Assembly (NCBI GenBank): GCA_024704765.1
Contig: JAKMXF010000166.1
Span: forward strand, 1-64,000
Reading direction: 5' to 3'
Length of the DNA: 64,000 nucleotides
Source: Oopsacas minuta
Lineage: Eukaryota; Animalia; Porifera
This document shows, piece by piece, positions 35,504-47,674 of this stretch; the stretch's first letter is position 1; every line of letters starts with the position of its first letter. Made by a program: the position numbers and the translations under genes. Under the pieces are notes generated by a model that was not told where the DNA came from, ran no database searches, and saw nothing but the letters and a program-made list of their open reading frames with translations.

Positions 35504-36976
35504 CTGAGAATAAGGATAATTGTTAGGATAGAAAGAAACATAAAGTAAATAAATAGACATAACTAGATATAAAGAAGGAATATACGAGGCATCGGAAGTG
35601 GGTTGCTTAAGAGGCCTTGTCTTTAGCCCCGATGTATTAAAGAAAAGAGTAAATTATCGAAAAAATTGATAGAATTTTAACGAAAGATAATTATTGCATG
35701 AGATGGTTTATCACAGGCGCAAATAGTGGCATCCCAAATTCTCGGAACGGAACAGAGCATTTTGATACCCTAATCAGGGCTAGGCTTGTTAACCGAATTA
35801 GCTAAATGATTTCCAAAATGTTACATTACAATGATCGCAAAATGGAAGACCAACACTGAAGAGCTGCATCCAATCATTTCGAGTTGGCAAAACACCTCAT
35901 TCATTTCCAATTTCGTACATCTCAAAACCATAGGGATTATGAATAAATTGATTGAAGCGACAACATTGGGTTAACCGATCATATTTTCACATCGCACTTA
36001 ACCGAATCCAAACCTACCCAAATTTACGCAAAGGAACCGTCAATTTTCCTTTAAGAATTTAAAATTTGTTGTTTGTTGTACATTTGGCCTTGTATATCAT
36101 AGATTACGAGCGCGCATAGCTTGCTCTAGCTGCGTAGCCGTTAAGAGCAAGTCTCTGCGAATATTTCATGATTTCAATTTATTTGATTACTGTATAGTAA
36201 TAAAAACAACAATAAACTAATAAGCATAAAGGTGGACCAATTTTGTCAAAATAACACTCAAAATATCATATAAAATCCTTTACTAGACAACGAACAAACA
36301 AACAAAAGTTGTAATTGATTGATATAGAATTATAGATTGTATCATTGACGGTTGTCAACATTCGTTTTGACTTTTCAAGTTGGTGGTAAACTGGTAATCA
36401 ATTTTCTTAATTTTGTAGCGAAATCTACAAAATATCTAGGAATACCTGCTAAATAACTTTTCATCATTCTAATCGCCAATATTAGCCCAGTAGAAGTTGG
36501 GAAAAGTGTGCAACGGTGTACACTGTCCATACAATGTGGGTGGACTGTTCAGTATCATTAGATAATTAATTTGTGACAGCTAAGCGGGAAAATTGGTCCA
36601 TTCATGAAATATATGAAATGACTGAAGTCAAATCTGATATTAGAATATGCAGAAAGCTAGAACATAGCATCATATATATATATATATATATTATATATGA
36701 TTGTCCATTGAAATTTTGGACAAAGGACAGCGATAATAGTAATGACCAGGTAGACAAATTTGAAAATGGTGACATTAAATAGTTTTTGAACACTTCAATA
36801 TATGCTCACTGGCCAATGATTGGAATTTGGAAAAGATACTTGCTTAAGGGGTAAAGCATTGGGAGTAACAAAACTTTGAGGCTGAGAGTAGATTGGATTT
36901 GCAAGAGTAAAGGAAAGTTAGTGAGTGTGTTTAAGCCGAATACACTAAATATACTTCTTTAAGCCAATTTCATAAC

Positions 36977-37450
36977 CAGTGTTCGGAAAACCGCCCTTTT
37001 CTAGAAAAGACCGAGGCAGGTGGAAGAAACCGGGTTTTTCAAGAAAAAACCGGTCTTTTCGGGTCTTTTCTGCCTTTTCTGCTGATTAGGTATGATAATT
37101 GATCATAATGATAACTATGATCACTGATCATAATATCTAAATGAATATTGATTAGTTATTAGTGATATTCTCTTACATAATATCTATCTAAACAAACATG
37201 TCAGTTCATTAGGTTGATATTAGGAACCAAATATAAAAGGGTTATAGTCCGAAATATAAAAACAACAAGAGGTAATAAAAGAGTAAAATCTCTTTAGAAA
37301 ATCAGTCCCTTACATGTTACAAAATGGACCAGGAGTAAAGTCACATATGGTGATCATGGTCATAAGTGGCCTTTTCCGGGTGGATAAAAACGGGGTTTTC
37401 TGTTTTTTTCTGGTGGTTTCTACCGGGGTGGTCTTGTCTGACAAATACTG
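36977..37450. mobile_element. hAT MITE in SUN intron 1
   Basis: Ends CAGTGTT.../...AATACTG, 8 bp TSD TTCATAAC/TTCACAAC, AAAACC-type subterminal repeats. Confidence 0.75.
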
Positions 37451-37649
37451 TTCACAACATATCTCTTTATCTAGGTAAGGCACTACAAAATATTCATATG
37501 AGCTGAAAGGACTATTAAAAAATGCATTTCCTGATTTAGCGGAGGAAGCGAAGAACCAGGCTTAAGTCCAAATACGTATTTGTATTTGTATTTGAAATTG
37601 CTGTAATTGAGTTGTATTTACAAATACATACGGCTCTAGGATTTAAGTA

Positions 37650-37920
37650 ATTAAAGTAATAACACTGGTTCCTGAAACAATTGATAATCCGGGCATTTCA
37701 GATTCAAATCCTACTAAGCGATGCAAACTTTTCAGTTTTATGGGTGAAAGCTCATTCTGAAGTTATCCTGATATATTGTCGGCAGATTGTCAAGCTAATA
37801 ACTAAACCATTGTCAAAGCAATTGGAGCCCGAATCATGCAATCCTTTACAGTAATCGAGGAATGATTCATTAGAATTTCCTCAATTGGTTGAATTATAAT
37901 TGAATACTTGACAAGTGGGT
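37650..37920 (+). pseudogene. Heavily decayed hAT C-terminal relic
   Basis: PTKRCKLFSFM...CNPLQ*SRNDSLEFPQLVEL resembles the DPLxWW...FPxL motif. Confidence 0.4.
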
Positions 37921-38980
37921 TCCGTTAGATAATAAAGTGAAAATGTGTGTAAGTATTTGTAAATAGAAACACGTATTAGACCAAAGGCCGCAAAACTGAC
38001 TTGTCAATATTTATCTACTCCATTCATGTTTTATCAAACGATAATAAATCAATTTTAACAATTAATTAATATTGCATATTTGCACAAATATCATAACTAT
38101 AAACATTTCACTGGAAATAACCATGGATTATTCCAAGTCTATAAACAACAAATATATTTACATATGACAAACTCAAATTGTGAAATTCGGATCAGCACAT
38201 ACGATGTATTTGATCATGTTTTAATAAATTTGTTTACTTTCCCCGATAAACCCCATATACAAAGAGATAACAACATTTTAGAGTTTAAAATATAGATTAC
38301 AAATACGGTTTCTATGTATGCAATTAGACACTAACTACAACTTAAAACCATAATTTAACGAAGAGTAGTTACATAATCACTGAATTTCAGAAATAAGTCC
38401 TCCCTTCCGCGAGCTCGCGACCGACTAAAATAGCTTTCGCGGCCACTGGTTGAAAACCCCTGGACTTGATGGATAATAAATAGGGTTAAGTGATTATGTA
38501 CGTACAAAAAAACTCAAGGTCGAGTTTCGTGTGATGAAGGATTACAGCAAGAGTTGATTTGAGTATACAAAAAGAAGGAAATTCATTATTAACAAATAAA
38601 TAAATTGTAAGTTTTGCGCGTAAATCATGTATTTATCTGATAAGGAAATTCTGTAATTAGAAAGACTATTTGTGTCCATTTTATAACCAGAGATTAAACT
38701 ATACTATACTTACTAGACAATTTAATTACCAAAAATGCCTCATTTGAAAGCTCTGTAAATTATCGATTATGAATATACGATAAATAAATTTTTACCACAA
38801 GTACAATTCTAATATTCATAACCTAAAAACGAATAACAAATACGATCAGGCAAAATTCGTCCATCATGCTTTGTTTATAATGACCAAATATGGGCATATA
38901 CCACGATTGCGTTACGCCAGTTTGGGATATTGTATCAAAATATATTACAAGGGTATGGGAATTTTGGTATTTAGTACATA

Positions 38981-39611
38981 GGAGCCTTTGGCCCGTCGCT
39001 TCGTGATGAACTCGGCGCATTGCGACTCAAGGTATCCATAATTCTCCAAATTGAGGCCCCTTTGAATATTATAATATAGATATATTTAGAACAATGTAAT
39101 TCACAAATCTATATATATAGCATATATATTATGAATTATTTTGTAAGATCAACCCTCTTTGTAGCCGTTGAGAGCAAGTATCTACGTAAATTTTGAGATT
39201 TTGAAAATTTGTTAACTTTATATTCATAAGAACAATAAATTTTCATATCAACGGACAAACAGACAAATAACAATTGAGATTTAACAATATAGGTGTTGAT
39301 TATTATACCATATTCGGACTCAGCATACTAGATTATCCCAGGATAGTCGTTGAAAGCATGTTTCTACCTGAATTTTGGAATTTGTTCACTAAATATTCAT
39401 GAAAACAACAAGAAATTTACATATGATTATCCAAATGTGTGAAAATCGGATTCAGCATTTTCGATATATTAAGTTTTATTGAATTCTATTTACTTCCTTG
39501 ATAAACAGGATATATACATAGTTATGCGACAATTTCAAATTGCATACCATAAATCCTTTCCTTGACAAGGACAAACAAACAAACAACAATTGAGATTTAA
39601 TAATATAGATT
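38981..39611 (+). mobile_element. Family H (Helentron/DINE-1-like) copy
   Basis: 5' hairpin block GAGCCTTTGG...GATGAACTCGGCGCATTGCG, internally repeated module, GGACAAACAAAC, 3' end GAGATTTAATAATATAGATT. Confidence 0.6.
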
Positions 39612-40144
39612 GGTTGGACGTATTTGAGAATATCTCTAGTGACTATCGAGTTATGAGGGTATTTTACCAAACAAGTGCCATCCATGGTATATAATGTAAC
39701 TCAGTTACGTGACAATGCATAATTACAAAAATTGTTATATGTATGTATAAACATCCTCAGATCACTTGATATTAATTCTGGAATCAAGACGCAGTAGTGA
39801 TCGTTTATCAGAGCTTCAAAATTGGGGTATTTTTAACAACATATTGCCCTTCTAACCGAACAGATGACGTCATTTCAAACTGGTAATAGTTGGTAAATGG
39901 CTCCTGTAAATTACTAATTTTCAATCATACATTTATTCGAGACCGATTTTGTTTTATCGATTAAAATAACATTGCATGTCAAATTTAATAGACTTGAAGT
40001 AATCCATGGTAAAATACCGTAAATAGGCTTTAGTTTCGTAGGCTGTGGCGGTATTTTATATATAAATAAAATATATTATATAGTGTAGTCAATCTGAGGA
40101 AGGGAAAATGGATTGGAAAATAATTAAACTGCGAAATAGGTTAC

Positions 40145-40762
40145 CTTCTGTAAAGTTGGTAGATAGTCATCACTATATGTTGGGGAGTCAACAGGAATAA
40201 CTTTAGATGTTTGAATCTCTTCTGATAGAGAGGAAAGTAACATCCTGAATTGGGTCATGTTGACAAAGAAATAATATGACAATAACACCATAATAAGACA
40301 AGATGAAATGAAGGATAGAATATGGAATATAACCGATAATTTCCACTTTTGTTGCTCGGAGCTAGGAACAGGATGCTCAACCAAAGTAGACGTCCCATGG
40401 TCAAGAACAGGAGGTATTATTAGAGTTGATTTTGTCTTAGAAGGATGCTGGTCAGGACTCCAAGGAACAGTACGATCAGAACTACAAATTCCAGAATCTG
40501 TACCAGAGGGTGTATCAAGTCCCCATAACCCAGAAGTGTCTTTCTGAGAAACCCGTGATCTGGGAATTTTGTAAGAGGAGATCGGGACCCTGCTAGAATT
40601 TATTTTTGAATGTACTCCATTCTGATCCTCTGATTCTGAGTCAAAATCAGCGGGAACCTTTGGAGAATTTCTTGTATTCTTGATAACTCTTTTCTTGGTA
40701 GATGGATTCATTGATAAAGCTAAATAGTTAGAAGTTAAATTACATGCTGTGCCCATAGCCAT
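40145..40762 (-). CDS. SUN-domain protein, exon 1 (Ser-rich nucleoplasmic region and TM helix); spliced product ~507 aa
   Basis: Low-complexity N-terminus with basic motif TKKR, TM segment VIFHILSFISSCLIMVLLSYYFFV, AAG|GTAACC phase 0 donor. Start codon uncertain (first ATG used) and extra exons are not excluded. Confidence 0.75.
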
Positions 40763-42039
40763 AGTGTACAAACAGATTCAGTGGCGTGCACAAAGGAGGT
40801 CGTATGCACACCCAATCTTATCGATATGGTATGGTTTATAAATTGTTAAAGTTAAATTATCAACGAGAGTAAGTTAGCAGCGTGTTCCAGGAGCGAAATA
40901 TTAGCACAACTCAACATCAAATAAATCACTCAATTCCCAATCAATCCACCTGAAAGTTGATTTGTTTGTAGACAATTATTAGAACTACGCACTTATATAG
41001 TACAGCCGCCAAAGTCTGTCCTAAAGTTCATACTTGCTGAACTCATTATTTCGCCTAACAGTACTGAGTGCGATGTTAAGCCTATGGAAGTAACTTACCA
41101 TATAATTATTGGCAATCCGTTATTCGACGTAAAACCATCGCGGGACATTTGTTCATTTCCCTGGATGTCTGGGGAAAATAATTTAATAGGAGAAACTCAG
41201 CCAGCTTATGACTTACATAGATAATCTGTAATTGAAATGATTATGTTTGATAAAAAAATAGCAGTAAGGCCATATAAAATAATATACTTGTTTATCATCC
41301 CCCCGCCCCATTTAATCTCCCTCCTCGGCAATTTTTTTAATTTTAATACATATCTTTATTTAATACATATATTCGCAGATGAGCATCTTCGAAACAAGCT
41401 GATTATTTAACACTAGCGCCCTTCGCTTGCTAGGTTGCTGAACAGTGTGGCTAATCATGTGATTTTTCGAAAATCCAAAAAGTGGCAATGACATCATAGT
41501 TTCGTCAGGTGTGAATTTTCGTCCAAGACTCAAACCTGTCTGAGTCAGGCCCAAATACCCCTCCCTGTATACCAAAAATCAGCCCTGGGGTGTCCCACTA
41601 AATTTTTATTATTACTATTTTTTATCATTATTATTTAAATTGTACAATAATTCAGATTATAGAGAGGAAGTGAATATTAGTTTTCCCATATGCAGTGTAA
41701 GTTTAATATGAACACCAACGGACCGTACGGTTAAAATTTATTCACCTTTCCGGAGTTCATAAACCGGACTAATATCCATTGAAGTACGGTTGTAGAGACC
41801 TGATTATGTGCGAATATTGTTCGTCTTATCAGAAATTCGTACTAACGTATAGTTTAAATAAATTAGTAAAATTACGCTAAGCAAAAAATAAAAATAAAAT
41901 TCCGCCCCCCGCCCCTATTTCGCAGAAAAAAATGGATGAGAAACAAGTAATTTATTTTACATGGCCTAATCATAATTCAAGAGTAAATTACAACACGACC
42001 ACCGCTCATTCTAACTGTCACGGGAAAAATACCACCTGA

Positions 42040-42620
42040 GTTCTGTTGGCATACAGAAGAGATCCTAGAAATGATGGCAAATCAGGTTGTTAGTTCATTC
42101 GCAGACCAAACCAGAAGTGCTTTATGGTTTGTCATGTGATGGGACATCTGATTTCTCCCAAGTGAAACAACTCAGTAAGGTCTGTAAATGATAATATGAT
42201 CCCAAATGAAGAAGTGTTTGGGTTTTATGCTTTAGATCAGTACAATGCTCAATCAATATTTCTTACTATTAAAGATGCTCTCCCAGGGTTTCATCCAGCT
42301 TTTCTGAACCATACACCTAAATGTTCCCCCTCATATTTACGCGCGCTAGAGTATACTTTTAAGTATTTAGGTATGGGGTTTTACCCGAATTTTGACGCGC
42401 CTATATCTATATTTGCTGAAATTCGTGCGCCTATAACGGGTCGCATTTGAAATGACATTAGATTGCGCATGACTGCATCATAATTTAGCGGTCATAGAAA
42501 TGGCGTTGGCTTTCGCATTTCGGAGTGTGGTACAAGTACATCACGGACTCATTGCCATAAGAACTGCGTAAATCTTGCAGTTCAAGATGTAGTTAAAAAA
42601 AGCTGTCTTAATAATATACG
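42040..42620 (+). pseudogene. ZMYM1-like hAT transposase relic interrupted by a MITE (~42283-42470)
   Basis: EILEMMANQVV...LSCDGTSDFSQVKQLS...EEVFGFYAL...SIFLTIKDAL [insertion] SGHRNGV...THCHKNCVNLAVQDVVK. Confidence 0.75.
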
Positions 42621-43749
42621 ACATTCAGGTAATGACCTAATCTATAGCCTACTAAAGATAAGGCCTGATCACTGAGTCAATTTTCAGGGGTGATTATACC
42701 ACGAATTTCCCTTTTTTCCCGTTTACCCGCCCCCCTCAAATTGATTGATTGCATTTTTCGATAGTTCTCTATCTTACGAAGTCGTGGTAAAAATTTTAGA
42801 GCTCTATCATAAATATTCTCTGAAGTATTTTAGATTTTGACTAGCATCTCCTAATTTTGGCCTCAAACCACTCGCCCATAAGGGTAGAGTATACCCAAAT
42901 AAACACACCTTTAGTAAAAATGATAAAATATGAAGTATTGCATAAATAGTACGTATATATTATGTTTATAGCATAATGTATAAATTTCATAGCCTTATAT
43001 TACATAGTTTTATGAAATTGCTCTCAAAAGTCAACTTTCCCCGTCCCTATGTATACCAGATTTTGGCATCCAGGTCGATGAATTGTCATGAATTGCCACT
43101 GTATGGATGAGTATCAACCATACGAAATTGTACTATATATGGACTATTTATGCATATATGTAATGCAATTTGTAAACTATTAGCAAGAAATGGCTATTAT
43201 TACATGCGAAAAGTATTGTTTCTTCTTACTCGATTTCCCTGGAAATTTTCAGCCGCCATTTTCCCATCTCTCAAAATGCATAACTCAACGGTTTTGGGGA
43301 GATCTCGTACCCATGAGAAAATTAAATTGAAAGGATATACATTATAGTTGAAGTTTTAGAATTATTAACCTCTAGGTCGGGTCAGACAGAATATTCTGAT
43401 ATCTTTGGTCCGACTGGATCACAAACAACACTCACCCAATATTCGGAACTTACATTTTAAGATATAACAAATATGTGTAACTAGGGAAGAAATTGTAAAT
43501 CCTAAAATCTTAACAAGTGAGGGGGGAGGAATGGCGACAAGTAAATAACTGGAGGTCGCCCGCCCTCTTAAAACGCCAATGTTTATATGTCAATCAACAT
43601 ATTAGTTTTTAGGAAAAATAAACACTTCTTAAATATTTTTTTCGTAATATTCGTATTAACCGTGTTCGTGCTAACGAGGTTCTACTGTATTCGTGTTTGT
43701 AGATGATCTTATTACAATTTGACTATAAAATGTCATTTCTTTTCCTTCT

Positions 43750-43990
43750 TAAGAACTCATTCAACCCATTCAACTCATTCAACTATTCAATTTGGCTACC
43801 GCAAACTCTTTCAACTCATTTAGAATTTTTCACATGAGTAGGTTCTACCAACTAATTTTAAGAAATGAGTTAGTTGAATAGACACATTTTGAGAAATCAC
43901 TTGGTTCTATCAACTCATTTTCTGTTTCTCCAACTTATTCAACTCGTTCACAAAATGAGTTGATTTTTGCCAACTCGAATTGAGTTGCCA
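43750..43990. repeat. Cluster of degenerate CAACTCATT motifs in both orientations (probable MITE subterminal repeats)
   Basis: About ten or more CAACTC(A/G)TT or AATGAGTTG variants within 240 bp. Confidence 0.6.
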
Positions 43991-46581
43991 TTTGACAAGC
44001 CATACAAACTATCGGTTTGTCCATGATATTACATTTTGATGTCAGGGCTCAACCTGGAAACCTTCAAAATCGTGAAATTAGTAAAAAATCTCACGATTCT
44101 GTCGTTTGATGTGCAATTTAGTATTATTTTCTTTGAAAAGACCAGGGATTCTGCAGTATTTGTAGACCCGAAATCATGAGGCCCACGACGAGATCTTGAA
44201 AGTTGAGAGCCTTATGGTGTCACATTTCAGACAATTATGACGTAGACTATCATACTATATATTAGGATGCATCAGTTGCACCCTTTTGTTTCAAAACTCA
44301 CATCACTTACAATTATGTACATGTTACCTATACAGTGTTGATTTGCTATTTAAATTTGAATGGAATTCATATAGATTTAGTGGTTTGCATTTGAATTTTA
44401 TTATCCAAATCTTGTGAAAAATGAATCATGACTAGAGAGCTGAAATTTAGATTCAAGTATTATGGGGCTGATTTCTGTCGGCTAATCACAAATCTTGTAT
44501 TGTTCAAAAATAGAAGTGAAAATCGATAGGCAGGTGGTACTTATCAGATCTGCGGCGATCACAACCACTTAAACTAATATCTTAAAAAAGACCCAGGTGG
44601 GTAGTATAAAGTATTATTTGCTGAATTGAAACCACCCCCAAAGTACTCAAATCCAAGTTTTCAATTCTCTAGTCACGATTATACTACATTCTCCATCAAA
44701 TTTGGGTGAAAACCGGACTAAAAGCATTAAAACCACCATAATTCCAAAATTCAATCTCGTTACCCATAATTCCATATGAATTCCATAAAGAATTTACATG
44801 GTAAATCTATACAGTATATATAACATAATTAATAGTAAGCGATATGTGTTTTCAGCCTATAGGGGCAACTGAGGCGCCCTTCTATACATGGTCATTTTCA
44901 AAATTGGGTTATACTTGTCTGAGATATGAGATCAAATGTATCATCAAGGCAGAGATGTCGGAAGTGGGGGACGGGGGTACTCATCCCCCATGATCTAGAC
45001 AAAGGGGGATAATCCCCCCTATAATTGTGAGTGAGTATTAAAATATTTTCGAATATATTAGAACATTCTGCCAATTTAGGAGGGATATAATGTACAATAG
45101 TTTACACCTCGGATCGGCATTCTCGATACTTGTTTGAAAATAATTATAAACCAACTACGATGGGGTTTTCCCCTTGAGGGTATTATCTCCCCCTTCATAG
45201 TTTGAGTTGTGAAGTTTTCAATAGAAACCTCACACATCCTTTAATTGGTTGAAACCTGCTGGAATTATATCTTCATATTATCTAGTTGTATAATTGACAC
45301 CTCACATGCATAGTAATAATTTACTACTAACAACAAAGCTTGTTAAAAAGTAATTTTCCATTTGTTTCATGGCTGCTGATTACCAACCACACTAGTAGTA
45401 CATAAGCAATGAATATACTACAGTTTATATTTGCAAAAATTACAAATGTCCATAAATACTGAACACTGTGAAAGGAAGTTTGGAAGATTGTCAAAGCTCT
45501 AATTTAGAATATCTAGATTGCTAAATTGAGTGTTATTATTCATGCATTCATATCATTAAATCCTCCTATGAAATATCAGCTTCCCGCGTCCCTGTATCAG
45601 GGTATAGGAAATTGGACGTATAGAGCCTGCTTGCAAGAAGTTTTGAGGATATGAAGGTTATCAAGTTATGGATGAACATTTACCAAAATATATGCTATCC
45701 ATGGTCACTACAATGACTTTAGAATTTGTCAATTTATCATTACTATTTTTACATTTTGTGTGGAATTATCCTAGAACAAAATGTCTAAATTTTGTAGCTG
45801 TTAAAAGATTCTTTCTAGTCCGGACCTTGAATACCTAATTAATCCAATCATAGCATTCTATACCTAAGCATGGTGCGCTGAACTATCTTCGGGGTAGGGA
45901 TAAAATAGTTAATTAATATATTATTTACATAGAGCAGTGGTTCTCAACAGGTGTGCCTCAGAACGTTGTTATGTGTGCCACCAAATTTTCCCACCCACAG
46001 GGACATCGCCAGGATTTACCTAGGGGGGAGGGGGCAAAGAAATTACAAGGGGGAGGCACGAAGTTTCCAAAGGGCAGGACGATGGGCAAGGTGGTTTACG
46101 GTTTTAACAGGAGCATGCTCAGTGGCGGATCAATAAATTTTTAGTTGGGAAGAACCATCCAGCGGGGCAGTTGCGTCGTGTGGCTTTGATATATGGGGGC
46201 ACAAATTGAATCTGGCTATCAACAAGTTCTAGGTATTTCCTACCAGATTGAATTTGTGCACCCCAGATTTCCAAGCCAGGGCGTGTAACAATCGTAAGAT
46301 CCAAGAGCCAAACAATTGAAAGAAATAACGTTTGGTCTGCAATTGCCCCATAAAGTTGTTTTTTCTGGTCGAGTAATGTGTACCTCGGAGAATATTTGGG
46401 GCCCCCAGTCACATGTGCACGACGCTACTGCAGCTGGGGGTCTGGTGTGCTGTAGGTCTTCCAGTCGTGACGGGGCGTAGCCCTTGGACAATAAGCTATA
46501 ATAGCTACTACATTAATTACCTTTGTCGGTACGTGGCAGTTCACGTAGGTTTGAATCTTGAAACAATTTCTCAACTGCATA

Positions 46582-46972
46582 CAGGGCTGGGGGTAGTTAA
46601 TCGAATTTCGGTAGCGGTTAAAACCTTTTCGATAATAGCGGTTAACCGGTTAACCGCTGTAAGTATTGTTTAATACAATCAGTGAAGTTACGTGATTGAA
46701 ATTGATAATACCAATACACAGCTACTATATATGCAATCGTGATGCAATTTATCTAAAAAACAGTACTGAAATTTAGTAATACGGACCAAAAATGTAACAT
46801 CTCAAAAATACTTAACTAGCAGATTTCCTGTGTATATATTTTCTTCCCTCTTAAAACCTGAGGAATTATAAATATATGGTTGGAAATTATGCTATTCGAT
46901 TGAGTGAATATATTTTCCTAGAGAGTTAATTGGATAGTGCGGCGGTTAACCGGCTAACCGAATCCAGCCTTG
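46582..46972. mobile_element. hAT-like MITE
   Basis: CAGGGCTGG...CCAGCCTTG ends with GGTTAACCG subterminal repeats. TSD not clean. Confidence 0.65.
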
Positions 46973-47674
46973 CTGCGTAATACACATTTGGTTTGATTAT
47001 TTTCCGATTAACTTTGCGTATATGAGTAAGATGGATATATTTCAGGGTTTTCCCCAGGAATGCGAGTGAAGCGAGCCGAAAATTTCCAGTTTGCAATTTA
47101 AGCTAGGTTGTCCGGGCATTGCACCCTATGTCCCCCCCGTGGCGACGTCCCTGCCCCCACATGGTAAATTCTTGCCTCGGGAATGCCCTTGGCTCAAATT
47201 GCAAACTGTAAAATTTCTACTCGTTTCGCTCGCCACCTACCCTCTATATTATCTAATCTTACCCAAATATCAGGGGTATATCTTGTATTAATAAGCGGAC
47301 CCAAGTATTATTTTGAATATTACCCTGTGCAATTGATCCATCATATTTACATCGGTAAATAATCCAAAGCAATCTGTTTCGCGCAGTTATGAGAAAATAT
47401 TCAAACCTACTCCACACAGTAGAAAGTTAATTAATGCGGCAGCGATTATAGCTTGTTGTCCAGCGGCTTGGGCCGACTCCCCCACCTTACAGTCTGTATA
47501 CTTAGGTTTGCAAATACGCAGAATTCAAATGACATTTAATATACCCTAAATCTTACAGTTTTACTGTATTCGCCCCTCAAGAATGGACCAGATTAAGTTA
47601 GAAACTTGTATATATATATGTCTGGTTTTCTTCTATGGTATTATTATACAATTCTGTCTAACCTGAAACCTGAG

